In this document: positions 1-9,873 of the stretch, piece after piece
Numbering within the stretch: the first letter of the stretch is position 1
Layout: each line of letters begins with the position of its first letter
Origin: Dehalococcoidia bacterium
GTDB taxonomy: Bacteria > Chloroflexota > Dehalococcoidia > UBA2979
Direction of reading: 5' to 3'
DNA length: 64,000 nt
Assembly (NCBI GenBank): GCA_965198045.1
Contig: CBDAOL010000007.1
Coordinates: forward strand, 57,612 to 121,611
Translations under genes and position numbers: made by a program
Notes under the pieces: generated by a model
The model's input: only the letters and a program-made list of their open reading frames with translations
What the model was told of the DNA's origin: nothing
Databases searched by the model: none

Positions 1-350
1 CGTCTCATATGACGAACGCAGTCGTTCGAGCGACCCGTAGGAGGTAAGTGCAGCATCGATCGCGCCATAGCCGTCTTGCGTGGCTCCGCCGACGACCGCG
101 GACTCTGCTGGCAACCCAGTCGATTTCGACCAGCTTTCGATGGCGTTGGACCACGCCTCGAACTGGCCTCTCGCCTCCGACTCGTCACCGTTCGCCAGCA
201 GCAGTCTCGCGTGCGCGCCCCGGAACTTGCGCGTGGGCCTCCCACATGAAACCGCCTCCATGTGACTCGCGGGGGAGCAGGTCAATCGCTCCCTGCAGAT
301 CGCCAGTCATCCCCGCGATACCCGCACGCAGGATGTCGACGACGAAGTTC

Positions 351-3300
351 TCACCCTGGCAGTCTGCAAGCCGAGACTCGGCGGCGGCGAAGTCGCAGCG
401 CAACGCCTTCCGCCCCCAACCGTCTCGCGGTCGCGCTCGTAGAACGCACCTCGAGCACGAACCACGCGAGGTGAACGACGGCGAGGTAGACCAGGCTCTG
501 CTGCTCGCTGAGCCGAACGTGATGAGCCCGCGAGTACTCGTGAGCGGCGGCGGCAGCTCGTTCGGCCTCGTCGAGACGACCGAGTTGGAGGTTGATGCGC
601 GCGCGGTCGTCGAGCTGGTGACATGCGTTGATGTGGTCTCCGAGCGCGTCGAAGGCATCGAACGCCTCATCGAGTACCGCGAACGTGTCCTCGAAGCGCA
701 ACGCCCGCCAGGTCGCATGAGCCCTGGCGTCGAGCATGCGAGCCTCGATCTCGGGCAGGTCATGCTGGTCGGCAAGCTCGCGGGCCTCGCGAAGCGCGTC
801 GTCGGCGTCTTGGGCCTGACGGTTACCGCGGAACGTCAGATCCATGAGCAGGTGCGCCCGAATGCCCGGCTCCGCGTCGCTAAGCAACGCCAGGGCCTCC
901 CGCGCGATCTCGAACCCGCGTTCGGTCGGCGGATTCATCATCAGCGCCAGTCGAGTCGAGCGACCGAAGCCGACGACGTCCGCGCGCCCGCGGTAGAGCT
1001 CCCGCGACCGCATGGCCGCGCGCCAACCGGGCCTCCATGATGCGGCCTTGCTGTAGCAGTTCGCGGCTGACTCCAGGATCTCGGCCTCGTCGTTGCTCAG
1101 GGCAGCGTCCGTCTCGGTCAGCAGGGCGAGCGCGTCTTCATACCGGCGGGCGGCGTCGTCCCAGCCGAACTGCTCTTCCGCCTGACCCGCCGCGGTCAGG
1201 CTGTATCGCATCGCCTTCTCCGCGTGACGATCCGTGAGCGTGGCCGCTTCGACGAAGTGCTGAGCGAGGCGAGTGGCGCGCTCGTCAGCGCGGTCGCCCC
1301 AGCGAGCCTCGAGTGCCTCGCCGATACGGCCGTGCAGACGCACCCTCCGCGTGGTCGACAGTTCGTCGATCAGCGTTTCCTGCATCAGCGCATGCGTGAA
1401 GCGGTATCGGCCGGGCGCGTCGGCCTCCTCGACCACGCGAGCCGACAGGCTCTCCTCGAGCAGCTCGAAGAGCGCCTCCTCCTCATGATCGCCGAGTGCG
1501 GCAAGGTCCTCATACCGAAACTCTCGTCCCGCCACCGCTGCCACCTTTAGCAGCTCGCTTGCCTCGTCAGACAGGCGGTCGAGGCGGCGGCCGAGCGCCT
1601 CACGCACCCCGTCGGGGACGGCGATGTCTGAGACCGAGTCGGCTGTGAGCGACCCCTCCTCTGTCATCAGGTTGACCACCTCCGAGAGGAAGAACGGGTT
1701 GCCCTCGGTCTCCTCGTGGATGTGGGCGATCAGGGCCGACGGTGGCTCGATCTGTGCGGTGGCGCGGATGTAGCTGCCGACCTCGTTGGCCGTGAGGCCG
1801 CGCAGCGTGATGCGCTCGAGTCCGGTCTCACGGTTGAGCGCGGCTAGCGCCTCCGAGAGCGGGTGCGTGCGTACCAGGTCCGTATCGCGGTAGGTACCGA
1901 CGACAAGCAGCCGCAGCCGCGACAGTGAGCGCGCGAGGTGCTGGAGCAACAGCAGCGAGGGCTTGTCGGACCAATGCAGATCGTCGAGGACGACCAGTAG
2001 CGGGCGCTGCTGGGTGATGGCCGCGATGAACCCGCTGTAAGCGTCGAAGAGGCGGAACTGTGCCGCCTCCGCATCGTCCAGGGCGGGTGCCGGCTCGACC
2101 GCGACCTCGGGGAAGATGCGCGCTAGCTCGGCGCCGGTCCCCTCGGGCAGGTCGAGATCCGTCAAGTCGTTCTGCGAGCCGAAGGCGCGCCCGACCTCAA
2201 ATCCAGGGCCAGAACGAGGGCATGCCCTCCGACTCGTGGGTGCGGCCGACCAGCACGTGCGCACCGCGCATACGGGCGTAGGTCTCGAGTTCCTGCGAAG
2301 TGCGCGTCTTGCCGCTGCCCGGCTCGCCGACGAGCATTACAACGCCGCCCTGCCCACTGTACGCACGGTCGAACGCCCCGCGCAGGCGCTCCAGCTCGTC
2401 CTCCCGTCCGACGAACACCCCGCGGGCGAGCCGGTCGAGTGGGTTCGCATCCGAACCTGAGTGCGTGGTGCTTCTCGTGTCCGGATCGACGCGATCGACG
2501 GCCTCCTGCACCTCGGCAGCGCTCTCCGGACGGTCGTCGGGCGCCTTCGCCAGCAGGCGCAGGATCAGCTCCTCAAGGTCTGGCGGGCACCGCTCGCTGT
2601 GCCAACTCGGCGCGACCGGCGGCGTGTTGATGTGCTGCGAGATCACCGACGTGGGGTCGTCACCGACGAACGGTGGCCGGCCTGTCACCAGCTCGTACAG
2701 CATCGCGCCGAGCGAATAGAGATCGGACTGCGGGGTGACATCTCCACCCAGGGCCTGCTCCGGTGGCATGTAGGACGGGGTGCCGATCAGTGAGCCCTCG
2801 GTGGTGAGCCTCGTGCGGTCGAGGCTCACAGCGAGGCCGAAGTCGCCCACCTTCGCCGTGCCGTCTTCGGCAAGGAAGACGTTCGAGGGTTTGAGGTCGC
2901 GGTGCACTAGGTTTTGCTCGTGGATGAAGCTCAGCGCCGAGCAAACGTCCTGCGCCAGCTGGAGAGTCTGTTCCAGCGGAAGGGGCTCATCGCCGATGAG
3001 GTCCGCGACCGACCCAGCTGATACGTACTCCTGCACGATGAACGGTGCGCCTGACTCCTCGCCGATGTCGTAGATGTTGACGAGGTTGGGGTGCGCGCCG
3101 ACGCGGCCCATCGCCTGCGCCTCCTGGGTCACGCGGGCGCGGCCCGCGGCGTCCATGCCCTCGGTGCGGAACTGGCCGAACGCCACGTCACGGTCGAGGG
3201 TGGTGTCGTGCGCCAGAAAGACGCGCTTCTTCCCGCCCTCGCCGAGGAACCGCTCCACGCGGTAGCGACCACCAGCGAAGGAGTCGGGGTGCTGGCGCTC

Positions 3301-3531
3301 TGGCACGGGGGTCAGATGCTCGGCGGTCTCGATGGCTCGGTTCGGGGATGTTGCGACACCGGAGTCGTGCTCGGCGGCCTCCAGGAAGGCGCGAGCGTCG
3401 GCATTCTCGTGGTCGAGTCGCAGGACCCGGTCGCAGAGTTCGCGCAGCCGATCCCAATCGCCCGCCTCGAAGGCCGCCTCCGCCTCGTCGAGGTGACGGT
3501 CGATCTGCCGCTGCACACGTTCGCTGACCAT
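351..3531 (-). pseudogene. Ser/Thr protein kinase fused to P-loop STAND/AAA ATPase and TPR-like helical repeats, reading frame broken
   Basis: ORF 2197..3531 has Hanks kinase motifs (HRDLKPSNVF, DFGLA, SYMPPE) then Walker A GEPGSGKT. ORF 351..2264 continues in another frame (LLVVLDDLHWSD, then helical repeats). The frames swap at the A/T run at 2197-2203. The 3' end runs into an IS fragment, and similar helical-repeat coding continues in other frames to the window start. Confidence 0.75.
395..473 (-). mobile_element. Orphan fragment of the IS1182/IS5-type transposase 5' coding region
   Basis: About 70 nt match the region encoding HLAWFVL...FYERDREDGWGRKA of the 460-aa transposase (compare 39045-39130). 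It has an internal ~25-nt deletion and a 1-nt deletion. No IS terminus is present. Confidence 0.7.
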
Positions 3532-3621
3532 GACGGACGCGATGATAGCGGGATGGGCGCACGTGTAGCGTCTGCGTACGAGGTCGGCCGGGTCCTGGGT
3601 CTTGAGCTGACCCTGGAAGGG

Positions 3622-4281
3622 CTAGTCGGGCTGCTTCACCAGCCTGAGGTACGGAAGTGGCGACTCCCAACCGTCAGCGTACTTCTCGGCGGCAGCATCA
3701 TCGGACACCGAGGGCACAATGATCACATCTTCGCCCTGCGCCCAGTTCGCGGGCGTCGCCACCTGCTCCTTTGCCGTGAGCTGGCAGGAGTCGAGCAGCC
3801 GCAGGATCTCAGCAAAGTTGCGCCCCGTGGTCATTGGGTAGGTGAGCGTCGCCTTGATCCGCTTGTCGGGACCGACGATGAAGACCGACCGTGCGGTCGC
3901 GTTGTCAGCCGCGGTGCGCCCGTCGGACGTGTCACCCGCGTCCCCCGGCAGCATGTCGTAGAGCTTCACCACCTCGAGGCTCGGGTCCCCGATGAGCGGG
4001 TAGTTCACGGCATGACCCTGTGAGGCCTCGATGTCTTTCGACCACGCCTCGTGGTCGGACACCCCGTCGACACTGATGCCGATGATCTTGCAGTTGCGCG
4101 CATCGAACTCTGGCTTCAGGCCAGCGACCGCACCGAGTTCGGTGGTGCACACCGGCGTGAAGTCCTTCGGGTGCGAGAACATGAGCGCCCAGCCGTCGCC
4201 CATCCAGTCGTGGAAGTCAATCGTGCCCTCGGTTGTCTCGGCCGTGAAATCCGGCGCTACATCATTGATTCGCAGAGACAT
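3622..4281 (-). CDS. Peroxiredoxin, 1-Cys (Prx6-like) type
   Basis: N-terminus MSLRINDVAPDFTAETTEG and active site FSHPKDFTPVCTTELG. GAAGGGGGA lies just upstream of GTGATG, so ATG 4281 is preferred over GTG 4284. Confidence 0.9.
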   Translation of the reverse strand: MSLRINDVAPDFTAETTEGTIDFHDWMGDGWALMFSHPKDFTPVCTTELGAVAGLKPEFDARNCKIIGISVDGVSDHEAWSKDIEASQGHAVNYPLIGDPSLEVVKLYDMLPGDAGDTSDGRTAADNATARSVFIVGPDKRIKATLTYPMTTGRNFAEILRLLDSCQLTAKEQVATPANWAQGEDVIIVPSVSDDAAAEKYADGWESPLPYLRLVKQPD

Positions 4282-4507
4282 CACTCCCCCTTCGTTGCGG
4301 TCAGCGACGGGATACTACGCCAGTGACGCTTCAGCTTCGTGATGGAGATCACCAGTGGGCGCCAGGATCGGCGTCCACGAGGACGGATGCGGCGCCCCCG
4401 CCGGCACAGGGGCAGTACCTCGTCGACCGTGAGCCCGCGGAGCGTGACGCGCTCGCCTGATACCACCTAGTGAGGCTGAACCCCATCCTCGTCAGGATCT
4501 GAATCTC

Positions 4508-4948
4508 GTGATTTTTTCAAATCTCATGCTGTTCAGTTCCGCAAGATCCGATCTCGGATCTAGATCTCGCATTGCGAGGTGGGAACGCGATCTCGGGCTC
4601 GGGGGCCTTAGGGACGAACTTGAGTCCGTGCACCGCGAGGCGCTGCAAGCGCTCAAGGAGATCGCCTTCCGCGATTACGCGCGAGAGTTGCTGCAAGCAG
4701 ACAACGGCCTGAGAACGAAGACCGGCGGGCGCAGACTGAGGCTTGTTCAATTGGTCCTGAAGGAGCCAACGTCCCTCGCCGATCTGAAAACGGGTGAGGC
4801 TGTGGCGAGCGCGCTGTACTCAGCAGTTACGTCAAAGACACTGTCCCGCGATCTGAACTACCTGACTCGCGAGGTTGATCTGCTCGTCATAAAGGATGGC
4901 CAAGTCAAGGCGAACCTAGATGCGATGAACCAGTTCATGGACGGCTGA
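4508..4948 (+). CDS. Hypothetical protein, possibly a C-terminal winged-helix fragment of a Fic/DOC-type protein
   Basis: 146-aa ORF in a visibly lower-GC stretch. The C-terminal part (TSKTLSRDLNYLTREVDLLVIKDG) resembles a wHTH. The N-terminal 30 aa look non-genuine. Confidence 0.35.
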   Translation: MIFSNLMLFSSARSDLGSRSRIARWERDLGLGGLRDELESVHREALQALKEIAFRDYARELLQADNGLRTKTGGRRLRLVQLVLKEPTSLADLKTGEAVASALYSAVTSKTLSRDLNYLTREVDLLVIKDGQVKANLDAMNQFMDG

Positions 4949-5031
4949 GGCTAGCGCCGGGTGTGCGCGCCGGCACTACCACGCGACGGGGGATCAAGGG
5001 CACTCACCGATATAATCCCCTTATGGAGCGC

Positions 5032-5535
5032 CTAGTCGGGGGGAAGGGCGACAGGGTCTTCTTCCGGCCACGCGTCATCAGCTTCGCCAGAGAGCGGCAT
5101 CGAGGCGAGCGCCCGCAGCTCATCCGGCGTCAGCTGGTCGAGGGCGGCGTGGAGGTGTAGTTGTGGAGTCTCGGTTTCGCGCCACAGACCGACATCCTTC
5201 CCCAGCAGCTCCAGAGCACGGATCGCCGCCGCATGCTGACCCTCAGCACTCGCAGCCAGATCCTCTTGCACGAGCCGGCCGCGGACGTACGAAGCCGTCA
5301 CCATCTCAGCGAGAGCCTCGGCAACGTACCGCCTTCCGATCGCGTCGGTGAATTCAGCGACGAGCTGGGTGATGCGTTCGGAAACGCCAGGAATCGATGC
5401 TAGCTCCGAGGCGGATGAGCGTGCCGTACCCCGGGACTCCGGCTCATAGCCAGCTTCCAGGTCCGCGTCTGTTTGACTGCGGCCGGCGGCAACGAGTACG
5501 GCGAAGCGTTCATTGCGTGGAGAGAGGTCTGACAT
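5032..5535 (-). CDS. Phage terminase small subunit-like protein
   Basis: LSPRNERFAVLVAAGRSQTDADLEAGY...ASELASIPGVSERI...AIRALELLGKDVGLW follows the Terminase_2 pattern (LTPKQERF..AGYS......ALELLGRHLGLF). Confidence 0.6.
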   Translation of the reverse strand: MSDLSPRNERFAVLVAAGRSQTDADLEAGYEPESRGTARSSASELASIPGVSERITQLVAEFTDAIGRRYVAEALAEMVTASYVRGRLVQEDLAASAEGQHAAAIRALELLGKDVGLWRETETPQLHLHAALDQLTPDELRALASMPLSGEADDAWPEEDPVALPPD

Positions 5536-5585
5536 AACCAGAGCGTAGGGTGCCAGCGGATCATGACGGGCAGTCCGCGGCTACG

Positions 5586-6369
5586 TCAGTCAACGTTTTG
5601 AGGATGCCGCTCCTCGGGGATCTTCTTCTGGAACGCCGAGGTGGCGGGCCAGACGAACAGCAGCGTTCGATCGCCGCCGTCCCACCAGAAGCGAAGCTCG
5701 ATAGCGAATTCAGTTGGACCTATACCGAGCGCGGCGTCTCTTTCCATGGTGTCGTGCGTCCTGGCGTCGGGATGCCAGTCCGGGATCTTCCACTGCGGGC
5801 TGCCAATCTTACCTGTGAAATCGAGCGCATCTAGCACAGCCTCAGCGAGATCGCCTGCAAATCGGCCACGAACGTTACCGATGTCCGTTCCCTGCTGTTG
5901 AATGAGAGTCGCGGTGTACGTCCAGGGTTCGTCATCGGACCTTGTCGTTGAAACCCCGAGTTTGAACCCCGGTGCGCCTGGGCGCAGCCACCAGTCCGCC
6001 GGGACTGGGACTGGTGCCATGGCTTGGAGAACGCCGAGCAGCTCTTCGCGGGCGAGCGGCTCCACATTCGACTCGTGACTCGCCTTCATCGTTTCCAGTA
6101 CGTCGATCGTGGTATTCGTCGGCGTTTGAGTCGACAAGCTTATGGTGGTTGCCACAGAGCATCAGCAGGTTCGTCGAGCTATCGACCTCGGCCTGGGTAA
6201 GGCTTTGGACGTAGCGTGGACCCCCTGGCGACTGGGCGCGGATGTGCGCCGCCTCGCCGAGCACAGTCCCAGTTCCGGAGTCGACCAGAGGCGCATCGCA
6301 ATCCGGGAACGCACACTCATTGCCCGACAAGGCCGCGAGAGCGACACGAGTTGACTGTCTGATTGCCAC
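5586..6369 (-). pseudogene. HNH endonuclease with one frameshift
   Basis: ORF 5932..6369 carries CAFPDCD...EAAHI...LCGNHHKLVDS. The expected continuation TTIDVLETMKASHE is in the frame of ORF 5586..6155. The switch is at about 6126-6135. Confidence 0.7.
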
Positions 6370-6941
6370 GAGGCTCGCTCTCTCCTGCTGAACGCGATTG
6401 TCTCATCCGAGCGTGGCGCTGAAGGCTTTCGGCTGACCACGGCGCAGGCGACGCGTTCGCCGATCTCTGCCGGGCGATGGCACAGCGCTACCGCGGGAGC
6501 ACGGTTGCTGAGGTCGGAGCCGACGGACGCAAGTAAGACGAAACGATCCCAGCGAACGGGTGGACATCGGGGGACGAGTCGCGCGGTTCTGGGTTTTTGC
6601 AGAGACGCCCAGCGAACCCCGGCGGTTTGACAACAACCCACGCGGACGACGGACAGCTGCGGCGGACGGCTACGGATACTAGAGGTTGCTACTCCACGCG
6701 TGACGGCCCTTAGCGGACAGCTACGGACCCCCTGATTCTGATTTGAAGACCGCGGGCACCACCGGACACCATCCACTCCCAGCGCGCGATTCTACGGTGG
6801 ATCGCCAGCGCTCGCTTGCTTCGGTCGAGGTACCATGCGGCGCGGTGCACGAGCGATTGGACTGGAGGTGAGCGATGGATGTGCTACGGACGCCAGAGGA
6901 TCGCTTCGCTGGGCTGCCGGAGTTCCCGTACGAGCCTCGCT

Positions 6942-8512
6942 GAGGCTGTCGCACAAACCCACGAAGAGGGGGACATCGCTATACGATGAGCATGGCGGCG
7001 GGGGCGGAGTGATTCCGAGGTGCCGCCGTGACCCAGCGTTTCTTGCCGTGCGACCGTGACCAGCAATACCTGATGCCCGCCAGCCTCCGCGACTGGCTGC
7101 CCGGGGACCACCTCGCGTGGTTCGTGCTCGATGCGGTCAGCCAGTTGGACCTCACCGCGTTCTACGAGCGCGACCGCGAGGACGGTTGGGGGCGGAAGGC
7201 GTACGAGCCGTCGATGATGGTCGCGCTCGTGCTCTACGCCTACTGCGAGGGCGAGCGCTCGAGCCGCCAGATCGAACGGCGCTGCCGGGAGGACATCGCC
7301 CTCCGGGTGCTGACCGCGAACCAGCACCCCGACCACGCGACGATCTGCCGTTTCCGCCAGCAGCACGAGGAGGCGCTCTCGGGACTGTTCGCCGAGGTGC
7401 TCAGGCTGTGCGCCGAGGCTGGTCTGGTGCGGGTCGGGGTGGTCGCGCTCGACGGGACCAAGCTGCACGCCAACGCCAGCCGTGAGCGCAACCGCACGGA
7501 TGCGGACCTGGAGGCCGAGGTGCGGCGCATCCTCGACGAAGCGGAGCGGGTGGACGCCGAGGAGAACGCGCGCTTCGGCGACGCGCGGGGCGACGAGTTG
7601 CCTCCGGGATTCAGGGACCGCGAGGAGCGCCTGCAGCGGTTGCACGAGGCGCGGGAGCGACTGGCGGCCCGAGAGCGGGAGCGGCAGGAGGACTACGAGC
7701 AACGCCTCAGGAGCCGCGCGGAGAAGGACCAGCGCGGGCGCCGCCCGAAGCCGCCGCAGCCGGAGCAGGGTGCGAAGGTGAACGTCACCGACCCGGACAG
7801 CCGCGTGGTGCGCGACTATCACGGCTACTTCCAAGGCTACAACGTGCAGGCGGTGACGACCCGCGACCAGATCATCGTCGCGGCTGAGGTGAGCCGACAG
7901 GCGACCGACATGCACGAGCTGCAACCGATGATCGAGGTGATGCACCGCAACCTGCAGGCCGCACACTGCGGGCCGGCGCGCGTGCTGCTGGCTGATGCCG
8001 GCTACTACTCCGAGGCGAACGTGCGGCAGGCGGGGAGCGCAGGTCCGGAGCTGCTGCTCGCGACCCGCAGCGACCGCAACCGGCGCGTCGGCGCGGCACC
8101 GCCGCGCGGGCGCATCCCTGCCGGGCTCTCCGTCCGTGAACGGATGGATCGCAAGCTGGCGACGCAGCGTGGCCGGCGTCTCTACGAGCAGCGGCGCTGG
8201 ATGATCGAACCCGTCTTCGGCGACGTCAAGGAGAACCGCGGCATCCGCCGGTTCATGCGGCGCGGGATCGCCTCGTGCGCCAGCGAATGGAAGCTGATCG
8301 CAGCCACCCACAACCTCAAGAAGCTCTATCGCCGGGCGCGGCCGTCCTCCTGGCCAGCGAACGGCAACCCCCGGCAAAGAGGCTGGTCTGCCGCCGTGGC
8401 GGCCGCGTAGCGCCGCTGCCCTGTGAGAGGCGGCTACTCCGCCCCGACAACCGACCGGCTGACCTCTTGGCCCTCGTGGCGCTCCGCCCACGCCACTCCA
8501 TGCGACAGCCTC
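6942..8512 (+). mobile_element. IS1182/IS5-superfamily insertion sequence, copy 1 (1571 bp)
   Basis: Identical-length copies lie at 37729-39299 and 43443-45013. Terminal 12-bp inverted repeat is GAGGCTGTCGCA. A 4-bp direct repeat CGCT is at 6938-6941 and 8513-8516. Confidence 0.9.
7028..8410 (+). CDS. IS1182/IS5-type DDE transposase (460 aa)
   Basis: The N-terminus LPCDRDQQYLMPASLRDWLPGDHLAWFVLDAV is InsH-N/DUF772-like. The central part is acidic coiled-coil and the C-terminus is a DDE region. The ORF occurs three times, nearly identical. Confidence 0.9.
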   Translation: MTQRFLPCDRDQQYLMPASLRDWLPGDHLAWFVLDAVSQLDLTAFYERDREDGWGRKAYEPSMMVALVLYAYCEGERSSRQIERRCREDIALRVLTANQHPDHATICRFRQQHEEALSGLFAEVLRLCAEAGLVRVGVVALDGTKLHANASRERNRTDADLEAEVRRILDEAERVDAEENARFGDARGDELPPGFRDREERLQRLHEARERLAARERERQEDYEQRLRSRAEKDQRGRRPKPPQPEQGAKVNVTDPDSRVVRDYHGYFQGYNVQAVTTRDQIIVAAEVSRQATDMHELQPMIEVMHRNLQAAHCGPARVLLADAGYYSEANVRQAGSAGPELLLATRSDRNRRVGAAPPRGRIPAGLSVRERMDRKLATQRGRRLYEQRRWMIEPVFGDVKENRGIRRFMRRGIASCASEWKLIAATHNLKKLYRRARPSSWPANGNPRQRGWSAAVAAA

Positions 8513-9575
8513 CGCTATGTCGACGTCGACGACGAGGATGGCGGGACCCTGCGGATGGCGTGGGTGGACGAGGGACCAGCGGACGCTCGCCCTGGTCGGC
8601 ATGGGGCGATCGGACAAGCCGACCGAGAAGAGCGACTACTCCTACCCTCGGCACGTGCGCTGGTTGCAGGCGTTGGTGCAGCACGCCGATATCCGAAGCG
8701 GCGTGTTCTTCGGGCAGGACTGGGGCAGCGTGATCGGTCTCAAGGTCGTCACGCTCGAGGACGATCGTTTCGATGCGATCGTCCTCGCGAACGGCGGGCT
8801 GCCCGACCCCGACCACCCGGAACGCATCGTAGAGGCGCGCGGGGAGTCCGAGGCCGTGGCGCGGGACCCGGAGCGGTTCCAGCGCTGGCAGCAGTTTTCG
8901 GCGGCGGCGGCGGAGCTGCACTGCGGCCAGATGCTCAGTCGCAACGTCGAGCAGTTCACCGGGACGCCACTCAGCGCGGAGGAGGCGGCCGCCTACGACG
9001 CGCCGTTCCCTGATCCGAGCTACCAGGCCTCGGCGTTGATCTTCCCGTCGCTGATCCGGGCTCTCGGCGATGAGGGCGAGGCGCGCGCGATGATGAGCGC
9101 CGCCTGGCGCGTGTTCGAGCGATGGGAGAAACCGCTGCTGACTGCCAACGGCAAGGAGGATGCGGTCCTGGGCTGGGCGGACCGGCTGTTCCAGCGCCAT
9201 GTGCCCGGGGCCGCCGGCCAGCCGCACCTTGAGTTCGCGGACGGCGGACACTTCATCCAGGAACAGTACCCTGACGGACTGGTCGCGGCGATCGTGGGAG
9301 TCACCAGCCGGCTGTGAGCCCAGACGCGACGAGAGCGCGCGCATCTGTCGCATGAGTGTCGAGGATGCGGTCCGATGATCCGGCGCCGGGGGCGGCGCGT
9401 TCTGCTTCGCTTGAGTCGCGCGCGTGTGCCTCAGTAGGAATCGTCTCATGTCTCGCTGTGGACTCGCGACTTTCATGGGAACGGCAAGACTTCAGCAGCT
9501 TCGGGTGCTTCCGATGCCCTCCTCCTTCTGGCGGATCCGTGCTATCAATCGAAACGAAGTGAAGGGCAGCCACTA

Positions 9576-9830
9576 ATGACGAAGTTTCGAACACTCAACC
9601 CCGACGAAGTGCATGTCGGCCGAGGTAAGGACGCGGCCGCGGCGCGCGTGCAGTTCGTGAAAGCGATCGAGGGCGGCGACGCGGGACGCATCGATCTCGA
9701 GTCGGGGGACAACCCGGCCGTGATTAAGCGCCGCCTGCGTGAGGCGTCGAAGCAGGTCGGCATCAAGGTGCGCTCGTCGTGGGCGACCGACGCGCAGAAG
9801 ACCCTCTACTGGAAGCGCACCGGACTCTAG
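9576..9830 (+). CDS. Hypothetical small protein (84 aa)
   Basis: ATG-initiated ORF in an otherwise empty interval. No recognisable motif. Confidence 0.4.
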   Translation: MTKFRTLNPDEVHVGRGKDAAAARVQFVKAIEGGDAGRIDLESGDNPAVIKRRLREASKQVGIKVRSSWATDAQKTLYWKRTGL

Positions 9831-9873
9831 GCTCTAGGAGAGACTCCAGGAGCAGGAGTCGCGCTTCCCGGCG

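Larger units (their letters stand above)
6875..9317 (+). pseudogene. Haloalkane dehalogenase-like alpha/beta hydrolase, interrupted by an IS and carrying an internal deletion
   Basis: GGAGG-ATG then MDVLRTPEDRFAGLPEFPYEPR stops at the IS (6942). The frame resumes after the IS as YVDVDDEDGGTLRMAWVDEGPADA. About 30 codons (the HGEPSWSYLYR block) are then missing with a frame change near 8586-8592. The rest (GMGRSDKP...FFGQDWGS...) is ORF 8517..9317. Confidence 0.8.

Noticed and set aside
4281-4466. 61-aa minus-strand ORF between the peroxiredoxin gene and the low-GC patch.
   Set aside because: Arg-rich, overlaps the peroxiredoxin start codon, and has no recognisable motif.
6884-8617. Very long ORFs antisense to the IS1182-type transposase (577, 689 and 566 aa at 6884-8617, 37525-39594 and 43464-45164).
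   Set aside because: They are Arg/Ala/Pro/Gly-rich with no motifs, mirror a well-supported transposase gene, and are the usual stop-poor antisense frames of high-GC DNA.
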